Assembly (NCBI GenBank): GCA_963716945.1
Contig: OY970322.1
Span: 1,067,441 to 1,099,440 of the forward strand
Length of the DNA stretch: 32,000 nucleotides
Direction: 5' to 3'
DNA from: Candidatus Saccharimonadota bacterium
GTDB taxonomy: Bacteria > Patescibacteriota > Saccharimonadia > Saccharimonadales > UBA4665
Each line of letters opens with the position of its first letter. Position 1 is the stretch's first letter. Both the position numbers and the translations under genes were made by a program. A model generated the notes under the pieces. That model had not been told where the DNA came from. It ran no database searches and was given only the letters and a program-made list of their open reading frames with translations. This document shows, piece after piece, positions 14,800-21,959 of this stretch.

Positions 14800-16104
14800 A
14801 TGAAAATCGCTATCCTGGGCTATGACACTGAGGGGCGGGTTTCTTATGACTATTTCGCGGCTCAGGGACATGAGCTGACTATTTGCGACCGTAATCCCGA
14901 TTTGGCAGTCCCCGAGGGAGTGCCCAGCGTGCTCGGCGACGGTTACCTGGACGGCTTGGACAGGTTTGATGTCGTGGTACGCACGGCCGGGCTGCCGCCG
15001 CAGTTAATTCTTGACAGGAACCCCGGGCTGGAAGACAAAATCACTACTCATGTTAACGAGTTCCTGAAGGTCTGCCCTACGGCCAATATCATAGGAGTTA
15101 CCGGCACGAAAGGCAAAGGCACTACCAGTACCCTGATAGCCAAGCTGCTGGAAGCCGCCGGCCGTGACGTCAGGCTCGGCGGCAATATCGGGCTGCCGCC
15201 GCTGACCTTCCTGGAAGATTTAACTCCGGATTCGTGGGTCGTGCTGGAGCTGTCCAGCTTCCAGCTGGCGGACCTGAAGTTTTCGCCCCATATAGCTATC
15301 TGTCTGATGGTCGTGCCCGAGCATTTGAACTGGCACGACGGCCTGGACGATTATACCGAAGCCAAGTCGCAGCTGTTCAAACACCAGACAAGTGAAGACA
15401 TTGCTATCTATTATGCCGATAATGAGGCCTCGCGCCGGATCGCGGCCGCCAGTCCGGGCCGGCAGTTACCTTATTGTGCCCCGCCCGGCGCGGTAGCTGC
15501 CGACGGCGTTATCAGTATTGACGGCCAGGTAATCTGCAAAACCGACGAGCTGAAGCTGCCCGGCCGCCACAACCGGCAAAACGTTTGTGCCGCCGTAACG
15601 GCCGTCTGGCAAGCCTCCCAAGACGTCAAGGCCATGAGGTCCGTCCTGACCAGCTTCGAGGGGCTGGAACACCGGATCGAACTCGTCCGCGAAGTTGACG
15701 GCGTGCGCTTCTACAACGACTCCTTTGCCGCCGGACTCCACGCCACGAAGGCCGCGGCCGAAGCCGTGACCGGCAAAAAAGTCATGGTCCTGGGCGGCTA
15801 CGACCGGATGCTGGATATCGACCATTTCGGACTTTATGCCGTGGAGCATGCGGCCGAATTCCGCAAGCTGCTGCTAATCGGCGCCAGCGCGCGGCGGCTG
15901 GCCGGCAGCCTGGACAAAGCCGGCTTTACCAATTACATCCTCGACACCGAGGCCAAAACCATGCCCGACATCGTGGCGGCCGCGCGGCGGCTGGCACGCG
16001 AGGGCGACGCCGTCGTCCTGTCCCCGGGTTTTGCCAGCTTCGACATGTTCAAGAATTTCGAGGACCGCGGGCGGCAGTTCAAGGAAGCGGTGCTGGGCCT
16101 ATGA
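14800..16104 (+). CDS. murD: UDP-N-acetylmuramoyl-L-alanine--glutamate ligase (MurD family; possibly the L-Glu-adding MurD2 type)
   Basis: 434 aa. N-terminal Rossmann KIAILGYDTEGRVS, P-loop GVTGTKGKGTTS, Mur-ligase central domain (HLNWH) and C-terminal domain (LSPGFASFDMFKNFEDRG). Confidence 0.9.
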   Translation: MKIAILGYDTEGRVSYDYFAAQGHELTICDRNPDLAVPEGVPSVLGDGYLDGLDRFDVVVRTAGLPPQLILDRNPGLEDKITTHVNEFLKVCPTANIIGVTGTKGKGTTSTLIAKLLEAAGRDVRLGGNIGLPPLTFLEDLTPDSWVVLELSSFQLADLKFSPHIAICLMVVPEHLNWHDGLDDYTEAKSQLFKHQTSEDIAIYYADNEASRRIAAASPGRQLPYCAPPGAVAADGVISIDGQVICKTDELKLPGRHNRQNVCAAVTAVWQASQDVKAMRSVLTSFEGLEHRIELVREVDGVRFYNDSFAAGLHATKAAAEAVTGKKVMVLGGYDRMLDIDHFGLYAVEHAAEFRKLLLIGASARRLAGSLDKAGFTNYILDTEAKTMPDIVAAARRLAREGDAVVLSPGFASFDMFKNFEDRGRQFKEAVLGL

Positions 16105-17381
16105 GCAAATACCGGCAGTTCATCTTCAAGCGCTATGACTTTGACAAATCCAGCGGCGAACTGCGGCTTTATTACGGCTATGACGAGGCACTGGAATTCT
16201 GCGAATTCTATCATTTCGATTTCGAATTCACCGATTATGACGCGGCAGCGCTGGACCGGGCGCTGCAACTGCTGTTTTTCGTCGCCGGCGTGTCTTATTA
16301 CAAGCTCTACCTGGCCCCCGGTATAGCCGTTAAGGCCGGGCAAATAGACGGCCGGCTGGCCGGCTTCTTGGGCAAGACTTATCAACGCGGCCTGGGCGAG
16401 TTTTTCTACGTTAACCGGCTGGATCCGCGAACGCCGGTTGTTTTCCCGGTTAATCACGACGGCTTCCAGCCGCTTCGGGTCGAGAGCCAAGCCGGACAGC
16501 TGATCGGTTTGGGCGGCGGCAAAGATTCGCTGGTGTCGGTCGAGCTGCTGCGCGGCCAGCCGCGGACGGCTACCTGGAGTTTGAACCACCGTTCGCAGCT
16601 CGAACCGCTGGCCGGCCGGGTCGGGTTGCCGCATTTCTGGGTCGCCAGGGAATGGGACCGGCAGCTCAAGGAGCTTAACCGCCGGGACGCCATGAACGGC
16701 CACATACCGATATCGGCCATTTTCGCCTGTGTCGGCGCGATTGTCAGTATTCTGAGCGGTTACCGCGATGCCGTGGTGTCAAACGAGAGTTCGGCCAGCG
16801 AGCCGACTTTGCACTACCAAGGCTTGGAGATCAACCATCAGTACTCCAAGTCACTGGAATACGAACGGGACTTCCAGGCTTGCCTGGGGCACCTGTTTGG
16901 CAACAGCCTGCGGTATTACTCGTTCTTGAGACCGTTTAGCGAACTGCGGATTGCCGAGCTGTTCGCCCAGCTGGGCTTTGCCAAATACCAAGGTGTTTTC
17001 AGTTCCTGCAACCGGGCCTACACGCACGACCAGCACCATATTTTCTGGTGCGGCGAATGTCCCAAATGCGCGTTCGTGTTTCTGATACTGACGCCTTTTG
17101 TCGGCCGCCGCGAACTGGAGGCCTTATGGGCCGGTAAAAACCTGCTGCTTGACCCCGGCCTGGAGCCGACATACAGGCAGCTGCTGGGCATTGAGGGCGA
17201 TAAGCCGCTGGACTGCGTCGGCGAAATCAAAGAGGCCCGGGCGGCTATGCTCCTGGCACAGGCAACCTATCCTGAGCTGGACAAATATAAGTTCGACATA
17301 CCTGAGGATTACGATTTCCGGGCCTGGTCGGCCCATGCCATGCCCGAAGAAATATTCTCCGTGCTGAGGAGCAAGCTCTAA
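16101..17381 (+). CDS. PP-loop (GGGKDS) ATP-pyrophosphatase-fold protein with a C-terminal CGECPKC motif; candidate UDP-MurNAc-L-Ala-L-Glu epimerase (MurL-like)
   Basis: 426 aa. Its start overlaps the murD stop (ATGA). The PP-loop variant is LIGLGGGKDSLVSVELL. The Cys motif is SSCNRAY...FWCGECPKCAFVF. The CDS call is firm. The MurL assignment rests on synteny, size and ATP-binding fold, recalled from the literature and not aligned. Confidence 0.6.
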   Translation: MSKYRQFIFKRYDFDKSSGELRLYYGYDEALEFCEFYHFDFEFTDYDAAALDRALQLLFFVAGVSYYKLYLAPGIAVKAGQIDGRLAGFLGKTYQRGLGEFFYVNRLDPRTPVVFPVNHDGFQPLRVESQAGQLIGLGGGKDSLVSVELLRGQPRTATWSLNHRSQLEPLAGRVGLPHFWVAREWDRQLKELNRRDAMNGHIPISAIFACVGAIVSILSGYRDAVVSNESSASEPTLHYQGLEINHQYSKSLEYERDFQACLGHLFGNSLRYYSFLRPFSELRIAELFAQLGFAKYQGVFSSCNRAYTHDQHHIFWCGECPKCAFVFLILTPFVGRRELEALWAGKNLLLDPGLEPTYRQLLGIEGDKPLDCVGEIKEARAAMLLAQATYPELDKYKFDIPEDYDFRAWSAHAMPEEIFSVLRSKL

Positions 17382-18091
17382 GCGTCCCCGCGGCCCTTGA
17401 TTATGACGACGCAGTCCCGCTTTGGCATTCTCATACGCGCCCATTCAGGTTTTTCAGGAGCCTTAGGGGCCAGGACGGCTTCGACGTCCGGCCGGTTGAA
17501 GATACTTTGGCAGATGGGATCCAGCTGCGCGGCTTTGCGGTTCCTGAGGATATGGGGTATTTGCGTAAACATGACTCCGCCGGGACGGATCATATCAAGC
17601 AGGAGGTTGGCGGCTCCTTCGTAGAAACGCGGCTCCAGTTCTTGCATGCCGCCGTCCGGCCGGTTCATGACCAGGGCTAAACCGCCGGGAGCTTCTTCTT
17701 CCTGCCAATCGATAATTTTATGCCAGGGTTTCGGCTTAAGAAGGTTGCCTCTGACATAGTCGATACCCGCCCGGCGGGCACGCCAATTGGGCCGGTTGCG
17801 GTAGTTGGTCACGAGGGCTTTTTCGATTAGGCCCAGTTTTAGGAGCTCTCGCAGCGCGACACCGTTAGTACCGCCGGCGATATCAACGGCGGCATTGCCT
17901 TCGATGCCGCCGATTTGCCGTTCAATGACGGCCAGCACGCCCTCGGGGTGGCCGTCCAGCTTAACCGGATCGAAATATTCGGCAAGCCCCGAATTGTTAA
18001 CCGGCCAGCTTTCCCAGGGTGCCCGATGGTCGGGATCACTGCCCAGGCCCTGCAGAAAATCTAGGCTATGCGATGCTCCTATCTCCGTCAT
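17378..18091 (-). CDS. Putative class I SAM-dependent methyltransferase-fold protein, unknown substrate
   Basis: 237 aa. Motif-I-like AAVDIAGGTNG, then ALVTNY, ALVMNR and LLDMIRPGGVMF. Its 3' end overlaps the convergent 16101-17381 gene by 4 nt. Confidence 0.65.
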   Translation of the reverse strand: MTEIGASHSLDFLQGLGSDPDHRAPWESWPVNNSGLAEYFDPVKLDGHPEGVLAVIERQIGGIEGNAAVDIAGGTNGVALRELLKLGLIEKALVTNYRNRPNWRARRAGIDYVRGNLLKPKPWHKIIDWQEEEAPGGLALVMNRPDGGMQELEPRFYEGAANLLLDMIRPGGVMFTQIPHILRNRKAAQLDPICQSIFNRPDVEAVLAPKAPEKPEWARMRMPKRDCVVIIKGRGDA

Positions 18092-18132
18092 GATTAATAA
18101 ATCATAACATGTATTTGCCTATTATTCAAGGT

Positions 18133-18954
18133 TTACCGGTTTTGGTTTTGGGCCGAAAGCTCGGCGGCGTGGATGACATTTTCGAAGAGAGCGCAGACGG
18201 TTAGCGGGCCGACGCCGCCCTTGAGAGGGGTGATGGTCAGGTCGTCGCGGGTCTGGTAGACTTCGGGCGCCACGTCGCCGACCGTTTTGCCGCCTTCGCT
18301 GGCCACGCCGGCGTCGATGACCACCGCGCCCTGCTTCAACATCGAGGGTTTTATCAAACCGGCCACGCCGGTAGCGCTTATAACGACATCGGCTTTCAGC
18401 ACTTCGCCCGGCACGTCGGGCGTGTTTTTGTCGGCAACCTCGGGCTTGATACCCGAGGCCAGCAGTAGCTTTTCGAGCGGCTGGCCGACCAGTTTGCCGT
18501 GTCCGACCAGCAGCACCCGCTTGCCGGCCAGACTGACGTTGTAGCCTGACAGCAACCACAGTATGGACATTGCGGTTGCGGGGTCGAACTTGGAGCCGGC
18601 GCTAAGGCCGTCAACGTCTTTTTCGGGCGTTATGAGGTTAACTATGGCCTCTGTTTCGGACGGATCTTGGAGCGGCAACTGGACGATTACGGCATGGACC
18701 ATAGGGTCATTACTTAGCTTGCTAAGTAATGACTTGATCTCGGCTTGAGCCACCCGGTGCACATCGACTTCGACCAGGATGTCGGAACCATAGCGCTGCT
18801 TAAGCCGCATGTAGACGTTTATAACCGGGTTGTCGACCGTCACGACGATAGCCAGCCTGGGAATTATGCCGTGCGCCTGCCGCAAATTCCGTACCTGGTC
18901 CGCCTGTCGCTGCTTGATGTAGACAGCCAGTTCTGAGCCGTTCAGCATTTTCAT
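18133..18954 (-). CDS. folD: Bifunctional methylenetetrahydrofolate dehydrogenase / methenyl-THF cyclohydrolase
   Basis: Motifs LAIVVTVDNPVINVYMRLK, VIVQLPL, DVDG, VLLVGHGKLVGQPL and PLKGGVGPLTVCALFEN. I place the start at MKMLNGSEL (ATG 18954), which aligns with the usual FolD N-terminus and has an extended -10 box 9 nt upstream. The ORF stays open to ATG 19026, so the start is uncertain. Confidence 0.92.
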   Translation of the reverse strand: MKMLNGSELAVYIKQRQADQVRNLRQAHGIIPRLAIVVTVDNPVINVYMRLKQRYGSDILVEVDVHRVAQAEIKSLLSKLSNDPMVHAVIVQLPLQDPSETEAIVNLITPEKDVDGLSAGSKFDPATAMSILWLLSGYNVSLAGKRVLLVGHGKLVGQPLEKLLLASGIKPEVADKNTPDVPGEVLKADVVISATGVAGLIKPSMLKQGAVVIDAGVASEGGKTVGDVAPEVYQTRDDLTITPLKGGVGPLTVCALFENVIHAAELSAQNQNR

Positions 18955-18962
18955 ACCCAACA

Positions 18963-18971
18963 ATTGTAACA
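18963..18971 (-). promoter_or_regulatory. Extended -10 box (TGtTACAAT) upstream of the folD start at 18954
   Basis: The minus strand reads TGTTACAAT, then 8 nt, then ATG. Confidence 0.45.
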
Positions 18972-19055
18972 CCTTGTTTTTAGTTTGCATTCGCCAATTA
19001 ATATGACTAGTATTAAGCATAGGCATTAAAGATAAGCTAAATTAGGAGCATTACT

Positions 19056-19589
19056 ATGAAACAACGCAGTCCGGCAGCAGTCTTCCTGTTGTCATTGATT
19101 ACGTTTGGGATTTACGCCCTGGTCTGGGAAGTCAAAACTAAGGGCGAGCTGAATCGCCTGGGAGCCGATATTCCTACAGCCTGGCTGCTAATAGTGCCGC
19201 TCGGTAACCTGTACTGGATATGGAAATACTGCCAAGGCGTCGAAAAAGTCAGCAACGGCCAAACCTCGGCCGTCTTGGCGCTAATCCTGATGCTGCTGCT
19301 GAGCATTGTCGGCCTGGCTATTCTTCAGAGCGAGTTTAATAAGATCGGCGAAGCCCAGCCGGCCGGCCCCGGCCCTAGCCCCGTACCACCGGCCAATCCC
19401 GGAATGCCGATGGCCCCGCCGGCCGACACCGTACCGCCGGCAGCCCCGGCCGAGCCGGCAGCCGTAGATGGCGCTACCGTAAGCCCCGACACTCCCCAGC
19501 CCGAAACCGGCACCCAGGCTGACGGCCAGTCAGGCCCCACCCTGCCAAGCGACACCCCGCCTAACCCGCCGGCCTCACTGATTCAATAG
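19056..19589 (+). CDS. DUF4234-like small membrane protein with a Pro-rich C-terminal tail
   Basis: 177 aa. LLSLITFGIYALVW and LGNLYWIWKY are motifs typical of DUF4234. Two to three TM helices, then a P/A/T-rich tail. AGGAG Shine-Dalgarno 8 nt upstream. Confidence 0.78.
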   Translation: MKQRSPAAVFLLSLITFGIYALVWEVKTKGELNRLGADIPTAWLLIVPLGNLYWIWKYCQGVEKVSNGQTSAVLALILMLLLSIVGLAILQSEFNKIGEAQPAGPGPSPVPPANPGMPMAPPADTVPPAAPAEPAAVDGATVSPDTPQPETGTQADGQSGPTLPSDTPPNPPASLIQ

Positions 19590-19658
19590 AGCCTTGCCAA
19601 AACAGAGGTAGTTTGCTAAAGTTTTGTAGTTGCAGCACAACGGTTAGCGTCTGCATAC

Positions 19659-19735
19659 GGGCCAGTAGCTCAGCTGGTTAGAGCACCTGCCTCTTAAGCA
19701 GGGTGTCGAGGGTTCGAGTCCCTCCTGGCCCTCCA
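19659..19735 (+). tRNA. tRNA-Lys (anticodon CUU), CCA encoded
   Basis: GGGCCAG TA GCTC AGCTGGTTA GAGC A CCTGC CTCTTAA GCAGG GTGTC GAGGG TTCGAGT CCCTC CTGGCCC T CCA. The full cloverleaf folds by hand. Confidence 0.95.
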
Positions 19736-19813
19736 CGATTTTCAGAGGTGTTAAATTTAACTCCATTTTGAAACCGAGTCAGAACCGACCTCCGTTTTTG
19801 TTGATATTTCTTA

Positions 19814-19822
19814 TGCTATAAT
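19814..19822 (+). promoter_or_regulatory. Extended -10 box (TGcTATAAT) for the low-GC island ORF
   Basis: A perfect TGnTATAAT that ends 10 nt before ATG 19832. Confidence 0.5.
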
Positions 19823-19831
19823 CTGCGTAAC

Positions 19832-20611
19832 ATGGAAGAGCTTCAAAATAATCAAAATTCACAACCCGAACAGATTAAACAAAGTTCTAGTAAATCCCAT
19901 AGCCGCCTAAAATCCTTCTCACTATTAGTGCTTGCACTTGTTCTAATTGCTGGAGCTGCATACGGAACCTATGATTGGCAACACAATAAACTCACAAGTG
20001 CCAATCAAAGAGTTGCTACATTACAAACGGAGCTATCGGCTGACAGTAGTAAGAGTAAATCCGCATCCTCAAACACCTCTTCAAATAGTATTTCCGACAC
20101 CTTTACTTACAAACCTAGCTTAGGCGGTCTAAGCCTGACGCTGCCTAAAACTTATGAGGTTCTAGTTGGCTCTGATGGCAATGATGGAGGTGCGCCAGGC
20201 GTTGATTTTAAAGTAGTGCCCCTGGATGCCTCCAACGTCTCAAAGGACCGGGACTACACATCAGAAGCTGAAATTCAAATTGGAGGATTTTCCAGCCTTA
20301 GCGATTCTGTTTCCTCAGCCGAAGTTCAAATGCGGCAAAACGGTGATTGTAGCACTTTAGGTAGCGGCTCGTGCGATACTACAGACTTTAGTGTTTCTGA
20401 CACCACCATAGACGGACAGCCAGCTAAATTAATTATAGCCAAGGCTGCTAATGAGTATTTGGGTATGGTTAATGTATACGTGGGTGGCTTAGGCCAATGG
20501 GGTTACACAATAACTAGCAACGATACTACCCAGCCAAGCAGCAATACCCCAGGAACGTTACTTTCTGCTGTAGTAAAGGGCACTAAGCTGAAGCAAGCAA
20601 ATTGGCCTTAA
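19832..20611 (+). CDS. Hypothetical signal-anchored, Ser-rich extracytoplasmic protein in a low-GC insert
   Basis: 259 aa. Polar N-terminus, one TM helix (FSLLVLALVLIAGAAYGTY), a Ser-rich linker, then a roughly 170-aa beta-rich domain with no motif I recognise. The codon usage is AT-rich, unlike the neighbouring genes. Confidence 0.75.
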   Translation: MEELQNNQNSQPEQIKQSSSKSHSRLKSFSLLVLALVLIAGAAYGTYDWQHNKLTSANQRVATLQTELSADSSKSKSASSNTSSNSISDTFTYKPSLGGLSLTLPKTYEVLVGSDGNDGGAPGVDFKVVPLDASNVSKDRDYTSEAEIQIGGFSSLSDSVSSAEVQMRQNGDCSTLGSGSCDTTDFSVSDTTIDGQPAKLIIAKAANEYLGMVNVYVGGLGQWGYTITSNDTTQPSSNTPGTLLSAVVKGTKLKQANWP

Positions 20612-20792
20612 GCTTATTAGTAGTATTTGGTTAATGATCTACTGCGATCTAACGAAGTACGTCCGTATCTATCTTTTGTGCTCCGTAAGGTACTTTTAGC
20701 AACTCCCTCCAACTCTTGAATTCACCAAGAAAGGATTTAGACTTTTCTATGAGTGCACCGCCGAGCACAGGTTTCTTAAGGCTTCCGGCGGG

Positions 20793-20801
20793 TGTTATGA
20801 T
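20793..20801 (+). promoter_or_regulatory. Extended -10 box (TGtTATGAT) placed for a leaderless mRNA
   Basis: The box ends exactly 7 nt before ATG 20808. Confidence 0.5.
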
Positions 20802-20807
20802 AGTTGT

Positions 20808-21020
20808 ATGTACACTCACCACGCGTGGCACTTAGGTGCTTGGTTGCCGCTTATTATCATAGTCGCGTTATTGATCGCCGTTTTCGAGGTGTGGATGATC
20901 GTCGACGCGGCCATTAATAAAAAGCTTACCGATAAGGCCAAAGCCTGGTGGATAATTGGTATGATTCTTATTCATCCGTTCGTCGCGATCGCTTACTTCT
21001 TCACTGACCGCCGTAAATAA
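20808..21020 (+). CDS. PLD-nuclease-N-terminal-domain (PLDc_N) small membrane protein
   Basis: 70 aa with two TM helices. The pattern VWMIVDAAINKKL..KAKAWWIIGMILIHPFVAIAYFF is typical of the PLDc_N family. Confidence 0.78.
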   Translation: MYTHHAWHLGAWLPLIIIVALLIAVFEVWMIVDAAINKKLTDKAKAWWIIGMILIHPFVAIAYFFTDRRK

Positions 21021-21866
21021 TTATCGGGTGAAAGCCGCCAGGGCGACAACCAGCGTCAGCATAAGGCTGGACAAGACTTCCCCCCGCCGGACGTTCTCGC
21101 CAAGGATAAACTGCCCGGCTAGGTAACGCAAGGCCGGGCCGAGCATCAGGAACAGCATCGTCACTACTACCCCGTACACCTGGATGGCATAGAGGCTGAC
21201 AATAGCCCCTACAGCATAGATAATGCTCGCGGCTACGCCGTAACTGACATTTCTAGGTGAGAAGCCTTTCCATTTCTTGGGCGGGAAGAAAACGCTGGTC
21301 AGCACTAAAATCGACGAGACGCGGAAGAACGCCAAGTAAGACGGCGAGATGTAGTGCAACGCCTCCTGGTATAGGCATGGCAGGACCGCATACAGGCAAA
21401 CCCCTATGAGCAAGTAGGTCATGCCTTTTTTCTGGCCTTTCCTAAGCTTTCTGCGGTGGATACCCCAGCGGACGATGAGCGCCCCGAGTATAAAAGCGAC
21501 CAGGAACGCCGTTTTGCGCTCCGCCGGAAAGACCGCGTAGCCGACGAATCCCGCCAGGATAGGCTCAAAATCCACCAGTGGTTCCCGTAATGACAAGTCG
21601 TCCGCCTTCAAGCTAAGCTCGTCAAAAACATTCCCCCCGAACGAGAAGGCGGCGATGCCGAGCAGCAAGTAAATGACTTTGAGCGAAAGGTGGGGCAGCG
21701 GCTGTTTGTAAACGCACAGGTACAGGCCGATCGAAACGGTCATGGTGATGAAAGACAGGAACATCATTTGCCGCGGCCCGATGCGGTTGCGGCGGTAGTT
21801 GAGCTTGTCGATCGTCTTGCCGGCGCTCTCCGCGAGAATCGATGTGAAGAGGTAGTAGAAGTCCAT
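21021..21866 (-). CDS. Multi-pass membrane protein, DMT/EamA-like permease (tentative)
   Basis: 281 aa with about 9-10 hydrophobic helices in two halves. Its stop abuts the convergent 20808-21020 gene with a 0-nt gap. Confidence 0.75.
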   Translation of the reverse strand: MDFYYLFTSILAESAGKTIDKLNYRRNRIGPRQMMFLSFITMTVSIGLYLCVYKQPLPHLSLKVIYLLLGIAAFSFGGNVFDELSLKADDLSLREPLVDFEPILAGFVGYAVFPAERKTAFLVAFILGALIVRWGIHRRKLRKGQKKGMTYLLIGVCLYAVLPCLYQEALHYISPSYLAFFRVSSILVLTSVFFPPKKWKGFSPRNVSYGVAASIIYAVGAIVSLYAIQVYGVVVTMLFLMLGPALRYLAGQFILGENVRRGEVLSSLMLTLVVALAAFTR

Positions 21867-21959
21867 GTTTTAGGGTTTGTTTATTTGTGAAGGGATTTGT
21901 TTATCAGTATAGCAAAGTGCTGTTCGCCCCTATGGGTGCCGGCTATAGCCCGTACCCGA

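Noticed and set aside
15933-16703. 256-aa minus-strand ORF spanning the murD / MurL-like junction
   Set aside because: It is antisense to two well-supported genes and has no recognisable motifs.
19715-20712. Possible att-type direct repeat of the tRNA-Lys 3' end (TCCCTCC at about 19720 and about 20706)
   Set aside because: Only a 7-mer matches. Given about 1 kb searched against about 14 possible 7-mers, that is roughly the chance expectation, and there is no integrase to support it.
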